Shown here piece after piece: positions 10,201 to 19,800 of a stretch of DNA of 20,000 nucleotides. The notes under the pieces are model-generated. The model searched no databases. It had not been told where the DNA came from and was given only the letters and a program-made list of their open reading frames with translations. Every line of letters starts with the position of its first letter. Position 1 is the stretch's first letter. Origin of the DNA: an uncultured virus (IMG/VR IMGVR_UViG_3300020182_000015) (taxonomy: Duplodnaviria; Heunggongvirae; Uroviricota; Caudoviricetes); the IMG/VR virus record IMGVR_UViG_3300020182_000015, one strand, 5' to 3'. Position numbers and translations under genes: made by a program.

Positions 10201-11115
10201 ATGGCAATTTCTGACAATCAAAAAGTCGATTTTCTTTGGAAGAAGGTTGGATATGGCGTAGCCAAAACCGATCAAAATAGTATTAAAGCCGCTCCCAATG
10301 AAGCACTTTCATCACCTATGTTAATTAGAGGTGATCAAATTTGGGCGTATTCAGAGTTAATTCCCCAAGTGTTTCCGGCAGATACAACATTATATGTAGA
10401 AATATATGATGATAGCGCTAATGGCGAAAGTGCTGTTGAAGCCGTTGAGGATAATACCTCTACCGCTAATAGAACCTGGAAAACAAATTTAGAAAACTGG
10501 ATCCCGGTTGAATTTGGGGCGGCTTATCAAGTAAAAGTATATGCTGCTCCATCCGGAACATCCAACCCACAAACAAGCGGAACTCGATTATTTGCCGCCG
10601 GCTCCGGTAATAATGATGAATGGTTTTTTGATTATAAGGCTGGTATTTTAAATTTTATTGGCAGCAATCTTCCGACTTCAGTAAATGGTACAAATGTTAT
10701 ATACATTTGTGGCGGCCGATATATTGGCCCAACTGGTAGAATAGGATTAGTCGGAGATGGGCTAGATTCCGCAGAGGTTGAAAATAGTGTAAGCGGACTT
10801 TTGGTTGGAACATCAGAAGATTTAACAACAACTACTATTAATCAAGTTGTTGATACGTTCAATAAAACCGAATATAGAACAGCAAAATATATTGTTCAAA
10901 TTGAACATGACGACAATGCCAAATATCATTCTACGGAATTACTTCTTACTCATAATAATACAGAAGTATATTTTACGGAATATGCTTCCGTAACAACTGA
11001 CTCGGACTTAGGGTTATTTTCGGCATCTCTTGTTGGAAATAATGTAAGTCTTTTATTTACACCACATTATACAAACACTAGTATAAAATCTAGAAGAATT
11101 AATATAAATTCTTAA
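10201..11115 (+). CDS. Putative virion structural protein
   Basis: 304 aa, with AGGA upstream. The C-terminal VDTFNKTEYRTAKYIVQI...HSTELLLTHN...TEY domain is of a type seen in T4-like phage structural proteins, and the gene lies in a late operon. Confidence 0.65.
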   Translation: MAISDNQKVDFLWKKVGYGVAKTDQNSIKAAPNEALSSPMLIRGDQIWAYSELIPQVFPADTTLYVEIYDDSANGESAVEAVEDNTSTANRTWKTNLENWIPVEFGAAYQVKVYAAPSGTSNPQTSGTRLFAAGSGNNDEWFFDYKAGILNFIGSNLPTSVNGTNVIYICGGRYIGPTGRIGLVGDGLDSAEVENSVSGLLVGTSEDLTTTTINQVVDTFNKTEYRTAKYIVQIEHDDNAKYHSTELLLTHNNTEVYFTEYASVTTDSDLGLFSASLVGNNVSLLFTPHYTNTSIKSRRININS

Positions 11116-11134
11116 ATTTTGAAAGAAGAATTTA

Positions 11135-11142
11135 TATAAATA
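11135..11142 (+). promoter_or_regulatory. T4-type late promoter (-10 TATAAATA)
   Basis: Exact TATAAATA in the intergenic gap, followed by AAAGGAG (11164-11170) and ATG 11181. Confidence 0.85.
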
Positions 11143-11180
11143 ACCATATAATCATGGAACGCCAAAGGAGCGCGCACTAG

Positions 11181-11489
11181 ATGGCTGTCAATCAAAATTT
11201 CAAGGTAAAAAAAGGCCTTGAGGTTCAAGACTCTGCAATAATAGGTGGGGGATTAACTGTAAATGGAATTTCATATCCTAATATTGACGGTCTTTTTAAT
11301 GATGTCATCAAAACTGATGGTAGTGGCAATCTTGTTTTTGGTAAGTTGAGCATCAATGACTTATCTGATGTAAATCTTCTAAGCTTAAAAGACGGCGGCC
11401 TGCTAATTTACGATTCTGATCAAAGTAAATGGGTTGCTAATACAGAACTTAACAACAATTCTCAACGTATTAACGGAGGCCAATACTAA
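11181..11489 (+). CDS. Short fibre connector/adaptor protein
   Basis: 102 aa. It has an N-terminal NFKVKKGL motif and fibre motifs KTDGSGNLVF and LSDV...LLIYD...KW, and ends INGGQY. Its TAA overlaps the next ATG (TAATG 11487-11491). Confidence 0.7.
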   Translation: MAVNQNFKVKKGLEVQDSAIIGGGLTVNGISYPNIDGLFNDVIKTDGSGNLVFGKLSINDLSDVNLLSLKDGGLLIYDSDQSKWVANTELNNNSQRINGGQY

Positions 11490-13693
11490 TGGCAGCAATA
11501 TTAATTAAACGTTCCACGGGTGTTGCGGCGCCATCTAGTTTGAAAACTGGTGAACTCGCATACTCATACGGGACAGGAACCCAGGCCAATCTGGGTGATA
11601 GACTATTCTTTGGCAAGGGCGACGATGGGGCTGGCAATGCTACCTCCGTTGTAGTTATTGGCGGTGAATATTTTGCATCGATGCTCGACCATGTTCCCGG
11701 AACATTAACAGCATCCTCAGCTATTCTTGTCGATGCTAATTCTAAAATCGATAAATTACTTGTTGACAATATCACTATCGGTGATACTGATGCGCAAACA
11801 ATTAGCACATCTTCCGGAGATTTGGTATTATCCGCTACCGGTAATGTACAACTTGGCTCTACTTTAGATGCTAATAATAATGCAATTACTAATGTACCAA
11901 CACCATCAGCGGCTTCGCATGCTGCAAACAAGCAGTATGTTGATGACCAAATTGGTGGGGCTGTTGGCCTTACTATTAATGGTGATACTGGTACCGATAC
12001 CATTAACCTTGCAGATTCGGATTTCACCGTTACTGGTGGAACTGGTCTTACAACTGTAGCATCAAATAATCAAGTAACTATTAGTCTTGATAATACTGCA
12101 GTTACTCCTGGTAGTTATGGTAGTGCAACAGATATTCCAACATTTACTGTTGATGCACAAGGCCGGATCACTGCAGCAGGTACTGTAGATTTAGCTAGTA
12201 TTACTGTTGATTCAGCAGAAGTTCAAGCGATTGTGGATGCAACCTTTACTGCAAACTCAAGCGATGATCTTTCTGAAGGTACAACAAATCTTTATTATAC
12301 CTCTGCTCGTGCAGATTCTGATGCAAAAAATGCTCTTGTTGGTGGTACTGGTATTACATACAACTCCAATACCGGAGCGATCTCTGCAGACCTTAATGCA
12401 ATTGACCATGATTCACTACTAAATTTTGTAGCCAATGAACACATTGATCACTCTTCAGTTTCAATTACTGGCGGCAATGGTTTAACTGGTGGCGGCGATA
12501 TTACCACCTCTAGAACACTTAATGTTGGGGCTGGTACTGGTATTACAGTAAATGCGGATAACGTTGCTGTTGATATGAGTGCATTTACTACAACCAATCT
12601 TGCTGAAGGTAATAATCTTTATTATACCCCAGCTCGTGCGGATTCCGATGCAAGAAATGCAATAACTGTAACTGATAACGCCGACTTTGGCGGATTAACT
12701 TATAATCCTGCTGATGGTACGTTTACATACACCAGTATTACTCCAGCAGAGCTTGCGGCAAGTGCTGTTTCAGCTGGTACAGGTGTTACCGTTGTCGCTG
12801 GTGAAGTAAGCATTGGTCAAGCAGTTGAAACAACTTCTAATGTAACTTTTGCTGACATTACTGCTACTGGTGATCTTGTTGTAGGTGGAAGCCTTCAAGT
12901 TGATGGTACATTAACATATATTGATACACAGACACTTTCTGTTTCTGACAACATGATCTATCTCAATGGTGGAGAATCTGACGGTTCACCAACAGCATCT
13001 ATTGATTTAGGTTGGGCTGGCAACTATAATGAGGGTGGTTCATACGCCCACACTGGTTTCTTCCGTGACGCAACAGACCAAACGTTCAAAATTTATCAAG
13101 GTTATACCCCAGAACCAGATGCTGCAACTCAAATTGATACATCACACGCATCATTTGCACTTGCTGATTTCCAAGCAGCAACAATTACTGCAGAATCTTT
13201 TGTCGGTAATTATGCTGGCTTTGATTCCGACTTTAATGGCAAATCTACAAGTGATTTAAGCGAAGGTTCTAACCTTTACTATACAGATACTCGTGTAGAT
13301 GACTTGCTCCAAACTATGTTGGTTGCCGGTGAAGGTGTTACAATCACTAATGGCGTTGGCACTTATACAATTGCTGGTGAAGATGCATCTGATACAAATA
13401 AAGGTATTGCAAGCTTTGATGCTACACACTTTACTGTAACTTCTGGTGCGGTAGCATTAAATGACATTACACTTACTGCTGGAGATGCCTCCACACTCGG
13501 CGTTGCGGCTGGTGAAGGTTTAACCATTAATGGTGACGGAATTATCACTACGGCAATTTCCGGAAGTGTAATGACGGTATCTGTTCAAGATGCAACAACT
13601 ACTGCAAAAGGTGTTGCAAGCTTTGATTCTACTCAGTTTACTGTAACTTCTGGTGCGGTAGCATTAAATACTGTTGATGGTGGAACATATTAA
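11489..13693 (+). CDS. Tail fibre protein
   Basis: 734 aa, with GGAGG at 11475-11479. The N-terminal ILIKRS...P..L..GELAY domain is followed by AANKQYVD, VTPGSYG...VDAQGRIT, AGTGIT and three EGxNLYYT repeats, and the protein ends VDGGTY. A 207-bp-period duplication lies near the end (13430/13637). Confidence 0.8.
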   Translation: MAAILIKRSTGVAAPSSLKTGELAYSYGTGTQANLGDRLFFGKGDDGAGNATSVVVIGGEYFASMLDHVPGTLTASSAILVDANSKIDKLLVDNITIGDTDAQTISTSSGDLVLSATGNVQLGSTLDANNNAITNVPTPSAASHAANKQYVDDQIGGAVGLTINGDTGTDTINLADSDFTVTGGTGLTTVASNNQVTISLDNTAVTPGSYGSATDIPTFTVDAQGRITAAGTVDLASITVDSAEVQAIVDATFTANSSDDLSEGTTNLYYTSARADSDAKNALVGGTGITYNSNTGAISADLNAIDHDSLLNFVANEHIDHSSVSITGGNGLTGGGDITTSRTLNVGAGTGITVNADNVAVDMSAFTTTNLAEGNNLYYTPARADSDARNAITVTDNADFGGLTYNPADGTFTYTSITPAELAASAVSAGTGVTVVAGEVSIGQAVETTSNVTFADITATGDLVVGGSLQVDGTLTYIDTQTLSVSDNMIYLNGGESDGSPTASIDLGWAGNYNEGGSYAHTGFFRDATDQTFKIYQGYTPEPDAATQIDTSHASFALADFQAATITAESFVGNYAGFDSDFNGKSTSDLSEGSNLYYTDTRVDDLLQTMLVAGEGVTITNGVGTYTIAGEDASDTNKGIASFDATHFTVTSGAVALNDITLTAGDASTLGVAAGEGLTINGDGIITTAISGSVMTVSVQDATTTAKGVASFDSTQFTVTSGAVALNTVDGGTY

Positions 13694-13704
13694 GTTTTAA
13701 CTTG

Positions 13705-13712
13705 TATAAATA
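13705..13712 (+). promoter_or_regulatory. T4-type late promoter (-10 TATAAATA)
   Basis: Exact TATAAATA beginning 12 nt after the stop at 13693. Confidence 0.8.
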
Positions 13713-13718
13713 AATTTA

Positions 13719-13747
13719 AGGTCAGGGGATAAAATATTCCCTGACCT
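13719..13747. terminator. Strong stem-loop (terminator-like or 5' mRNA stabiliser)
   Basis: aggtcaggggat-aaaat-attccctgacct forms a 12-bp stem with one G-U pair. There is no immediate U tract on +, but the - strand continues U-rich (ttaaatttattt). Confidence 0.6.
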
Positions 13748-13818
13748 CAGCTAATAAATTTTTATTTTTAGCTATATTAAAAATTAAATAATAAACCTTT
13801 TTTAAGGAATTGAAATAG

Positions 13819-16800
13819 ATGTCTACTAAAGTTAAGCTGAAAAAATCCAGCATAGTTGGTCGTGTTCCAAGTGTAAATGATCTTGATTATGGTGAAATTG
13901 CCATTAACTATGCTGATGGTAGAATTTACTATAAAAGTAGTTCAAACAGCATTAACTATTTCCAAGATTTTAATAATGCATTAGCCGGATTTGATTCGGC
14001 AGATGTTTTTGGCATCATTGATTCCGCATATATTCAAAATCGTCAAAATCTTGAATATTCTAGCCTAATAGGCATTCCTACCTCTTTTACACCAAATGGT
14101 GTAGATTCTAGCGCCACTTTTGCGCTCATTGATAGCGATTATATTGCAACGCGGGCTAACCTAGCCTTTGCTGGTACTGCTGATATAACAAACTACCAAT
14201 TTGTAGCCGATTCTGGTGATATTACCTTTACTGGTACAGATGTTAATGGTTTAACATTATCATTTAATAATCAATTAGTTCAAGTTTACTTGAACGGTAT
14301 ATTGCTTCTTGAAAATGATGATTATACAAAATCCAATAATAATACTATTATTTTATCAAGGCCTGTTGATTCCGGTGATCAATTAATTGTCTCGGATTTT
14401 AATGCGTTCTTTACAAATCAAACTGTTACCGCTAATACTATACACGGCTTTATTGACTCGGCTTTAGCTTCTGTTGGAGAAGCTGATATTACCGCATTCG
14501 AATTTACAGCAGATTCCGGCCAAACTGCCTTTAGTGGTATTGATAATAATGGCGCAACTCTTAGTTTAGATCCAACTGGTGTTCAAGTATATCTTAATGG
14601 TATTTTACTTTCTGGGGCCTCTGACTATACAGTTTCTGCAAATACATTAACGCTAACCGATGGGGCAAGCCTCAATTCACATTTAAGCGTACAGTCTTTT
14701 AAAAGATATTTTAATTTTGTTGGACTTGACTCCGCAGATATAACTGGCATTGTTGATGCTACGTATATCCAAGCCAATCAAACCGCACAAGACTTTGCTT
14801 ATGCATCGTTAACCGGCGTGCCAACAACATTTGCTCCTATTGGTGTCGATTCCGCTTCTACTATAGCGTTGATTGATTCTGCATATATTGCAGCTCGTAC
14901 ACCGGAAGTTGTAGCAACTGATTTATCTGACTATAGAACAGAAACTCAAATCAAAACCTTAATTGATTCTGGTGTTAATGCGGTAATTGATGCTGCACCT
15001 GGTGCATTAGATACACTTAATGAATTAGCAGCAGCCCTTGGGGATGATGCCAATTTTAGCACAACAATTACTAATCAAATAGCTACAAAAATTGATTCGG
15101 CTGGAGTGGTCGGTATTGTTGATGCGGCATATGTTCAAAGTAGACAAACTCCACAAGATTTTGCTTACTCTAGCTTAACCGGCACACCAAATGTTCTTGA
15201 TTCCGCCGATATTACTAATGTAGTTGACGCTACATATATTCAAGCAAATCAAACAGCACAAGACTTTGCTTATGCATCATTAACTGGGACACCAAATGTT
15301 CTTGATTCCGCCGATATTACTAATGTAATCGATGTTGCATATATTCAGGCCAATCAAACACCACAAGATTTTGCATATAGTTCCTTAAGTGGTGCCCCAA
15401 ATGTACTTGACTCTGCCGATATAGCCGCAATTGCTACTGCAGCTGGTGGGGTTGATTCTGCTGCAATTGAAGCAATGATCGACAGCAACTATGTTGCTAG
15501 TAGAGTTTCATTAGCGTATGCTGGTAATGCTGAAGTAAAAAATTATAAGTTTGTTGCGGATTCAGCACAAACAGTATTTACTGGTGTTGATGAAAATGCT
15601 GTTACATTAGGATTTACAAATCAATTAGTACAAGTTTATTTAAACGGCGTTCTTTTACTTGATTCTGATGATTATACAAAGTCTAATAACAATACAATTA
15701 CATTAGTTACTCCGGCAAATTTGGGTGATCAACTAATAGTTTCTGATTTTAAATCATTTTTTGCTAGCGCTGGTCTTGATTCCGCTGATATTACCAATGT
15801 AATTGATGCCACATATATTCAGGCCAATCAAACACCACAAGACTTTGCTTATTCTAGTTTAACAGGTGCCCCTAATGTACTTGATTCCGCTAATGTATCA
15901 ACTCTTATTACTACTGCGGTAGATGCTCTTGTAGACGGCGCGCCAGGAGCATTGGATACTCTTAATGAATTAGCTACCGCCTTAAATGATGATTCAAATG
16001 CAATTGCAGCAATTAATAATACCCTTGCTCTTAAATTAAATATTGCGGATGTAGTTCCTCAAGATTTTGCTTATTCTAGCTTAACCGGTGTACCAACAAC
16101 ATTTGCGCCAACTGGGGTAGATTCTGGTTCAACATTATCATTAATTAATGCTGCTTATATTCAAGCCAATCAAACACCACAAGACTTTACATATAGTTCT
16201 TTAACCGGAGCTCCAAATGTTCTCGACTCTGCCGATGTAACCGCAATTGCTACTGCAGCAGGAGGAGTTGATTCGGCCGCAATTGAAGCAATGATTGATA
16301 GCAATTATGTTGCTTCAAGGGTTACATTAGCCTATGCCGGTAATGCTGAAGTAAAAAATTATAAGTTTGTTGCAGACTCTGCCCAAACAATATTTACTGG
16401 CGCCGATGAAAATGCTGTTACATTAGGATTTACAAATCAGCTAGTACAAGTGTATTTAAATGGTGTTTTACTTTTAGATAGCGACGATTATGCAAAATCT
16501 AATAATGATACTATAACATTAGTTACTCCGGCAAATTTGGGTGATCAATTAATTATCTCAGATTTTAAATCATTTTTTGCTAGCGCTGGTCTTGATTCAG
16601 CAGATATTACCAATGTAATTGATGCCACATATATTCAAGCAAATCAGACAGCACAAGACTTTGCTTACTCCAGTTTAACTGGTGCACCAAATATTTTGGA
16701 CTCTGCCGATGTACTAGCTATAGCTCCAGCACAAGACTTTGCTTATTCTAGCTTGACTGGTACGCCTAATGTACTTGATTCGGCTGATGTACTAGCATTA

Positions 16801-19800
16801 GCTCCAGCGCAAGACTTTGCTTACTCCAGCCTAACTGGTACGCCTAATGTACTTGATTCGGCTGATGTACTAGCATTAGCTCCAGCGCAAGACTTTGCTT
16901 ACTCCAGCCTAACTGGTACGCCAACCACTATTGCTGGTTATGGCATAACAGATGCTTTTGATGGTGCATATAGCTCATTAACAGGAACGCCAAATGTTCT
17001 TGACTCTTCCGATGTAACCGCAATTGCTACTGCGGCAGGTGGGGTTGATTCCGCTGCAATCGAAGCAATGATTGACAGCAACTATGTTGCTAGCAGAGTT
17101 ACATTGGCCTATGCCGGTAATGCTGAAGTAAAAAATTATAAGTTTATAGCAGATTCCAATCAAACCATATTTACTGGTGCTGATGAAAATGCGGTTACAT
17201 TAGGATTTACAAATCAATTAGTACAAGTATATCTTAATGGTGTTTTACTTTTAGATGGCGACGATTATACAAAGTCTAATAACAATACAATTACATTAAC
17301 GCAGGGTGCTAGCGTTGGCGATCAACTAATAGTTTCTGATTTTAAATCATTTTTTGCTAGCGCTGGTCTTGATTCCGCCGATATTACTAATGTAATTGAT
17401 GCTACATATATTCAAGCAAATCAGACAGCGCAAGACTTTGCATATAGTTCCTTAACCGGTGCACCTAATGTACTTGACTCTAATAATGTTTCAGCACTTA
17501 TCACAACTTCAATTGATAATCTTATTGACGGTGCACCCGGGGCATTAGATACTCTTAATGAATTAGCGACTGCTTTAAATGATGATTCAAATGCAATTGC
17601 AGCAATTAATAATACATTAGCTCTTAAGTTAAATATTGCTGATGTAACACCTCAAGATTTCTCATATGCTAGCTTAACCGGAGTTCCAACAACATTTGCT
17701 CCCACTGGTGTAGATTCTGGTTCAACATTATCATTAATTAATGCGGCGTATATACAGGCAAATCAAACACCACAAGACTTTGCCTATTCTAGCTTAACCG
17801 GAGTTCCAACAACATTTGCTCCCACTGGTGTAGATTCTGGTTCAACATTATCATTAATTAATGCGGCGTATATACAAGCTAACCAAACACCACAAGACTT
17901 TGCATATGTATCCTTAACGGGTGCTCCAAATGTTCTTGATTCTGCTGACGTATTAACTATTGCTAATGCGGCCGGAGGAGTTGATTCCGCCGCAATCGAA
18001 GCAATGATCGATAGCAATTATGTTGCAAGTAGAGTTACATTGGCCTATGCTGGTAATGCGCAGGTTCAAAATACTAAATTTATAGCAGATTCCAATCAAA
18101 CCATATTTACTGGATTATCATATGCCGATCAATTAGTACAAGTTTATTTAAACGGCGTTCTTTTACTTGATTCTGATGATTATACAAAGTCTGGCAATGA
18201 TACGATTACATTGACACAGCCAGCTGATTTGGATGATCAATTAATTGTCTCGGATTTTAATGCGTTCTTTACAAATCAAACTGTTGACTCTGCGCAAATT
18301 AACTCACTAATTGATTCGGCTTTAGGCACCGTTGGGCGCGCCACCGTAAAAAATTATAAGTTTATAGCTGACTCCGGTGATATAACATTTACTGGCACAG
18401 ATGCTAATGGCTTATCATTATCATATAATAGCCAACTTGTTCAAGTATATTTAAATGGCTTATTGCTTACCGAATCCACTGATTATACAAAGTCTGGCAA
18501 TGATACGATTACATTAATTAGCGCCGCTGATTCTGGTGATGAATTATCAATTGTAGACTTTAATTCATTTTTTACATATTCCGGCTTTGATTCCGCCGAT
18601 GTATTGGCTTTACAAACACCACAAGACTTTGCTTACTCTAGCTTAACAGGCACGCCAAATATTCTCGACTCCGCTGATGTACTTGCACTAGCTCCGGCAC
18701 AAGACTTTGCTTACTCTAGCTTGACCGGTGCCCCTAATGTGCTCGACTCCGCTGATGTACTTGCACTAGCTCCGGCACAAGATTTCGCTTATTCTAGCTT
18801 GACTGGTGCACCTAATGTGCTCGATTCTGCAGATGTATTGGCTTTACAAACACCACAAGACTTTGCTTACGCATCATTAACTGGTACCCCTAATATACTT
18901 GATTCTGCAAATGTATTGGCAATTGTTCCGGCTCAAGACTTTGCGTACGCTAGCTTGACTGGTGCACCTAATGTACTTGATTCCGCAAATGTATCAACTT
19001 TAATTACTACTGCAGTAGACGCTCTTGTAGATGGTGCACCTGGAGCACTCAATACGCTCAACGAATTAGCAATTGCTTTAAATGATGATTCAAATGCAAT
19101 TGCAGCAATTAATAATACGTTAGCTCTTAAGTTAAATATTGCAGATGTCACTCCTCAAGATTTCGCTTATTCTAGCTTGACTGGTGCACCTAATGTACTT
19201 GATTCCGGGGATGTACTAGCATTAGCTCCAGCACAAGATTTCGCTTATTCTAGCTTGACTGGTGCACCTAATGTACTTGATTCCGGGGATGTATTGGCCA
19301 TTGCTACGGCAATTGGAGGAGTAGATTCTGCTGCAATTGAAGCAATGATCGACAGCAACTATGTTGCTAGTAGAGTTTCATTAGCGTATGCTGGCAATGC
19401 ACAGGTTCAAAATACTAAATTTATAGCAGACTCCGCTCAAACAGTATTTACTGGTTTGTCATATGCTGACCAATTCGTGCAAGTATATTTAAATGGTGTT
19501 TTACTTTTAGATAGCGACGATTATACAAAGTCTGGTAATGATACAATCACTTTAATAACCGGAGCAGCCTCTGGCGATCAATTGATTGTATCGGATTTTA
19601 AAGCATTCTTTACAAACCAAACCGTTGACTCGGCACAAATTAATTCGCTGATTGATTCTGCTTTGGGAAGTGTTGGTAGAGCAACTGTAACAAATTATAA
19701 GTTTGTAGCCGACTCTGGCGATACAATATTTACTGGCACAGATATTAATGGTTTGTCATTATCATACAATAACCAGTTAGTACAAGTTTATTTGAATGGT

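Noticed and set aside
2753..13693. Stop-codon reassignment, since all seven visible stops are TAA
   Set aside because: The long genes read through under the standard code without in-frame TAG or TGA. TAA preference is normal in AT-rich phages, so there is no positive evidence.
57..19151. Other short overlapping ORFs in the track (e.g. 70..297, 7331..7624, 11470..12027, 17784..18017, 18933..19151)
   Set aside because: They are essentially nested in long + strand genes, have no recognisable motifs, and are expected from codon bias.
16654..19300. Regularly spaced repeats as a CRISPR array
   Set aside because: Units are multiples of 3, vary mainly at synonymous positions, encode protein and have no unique spacers.
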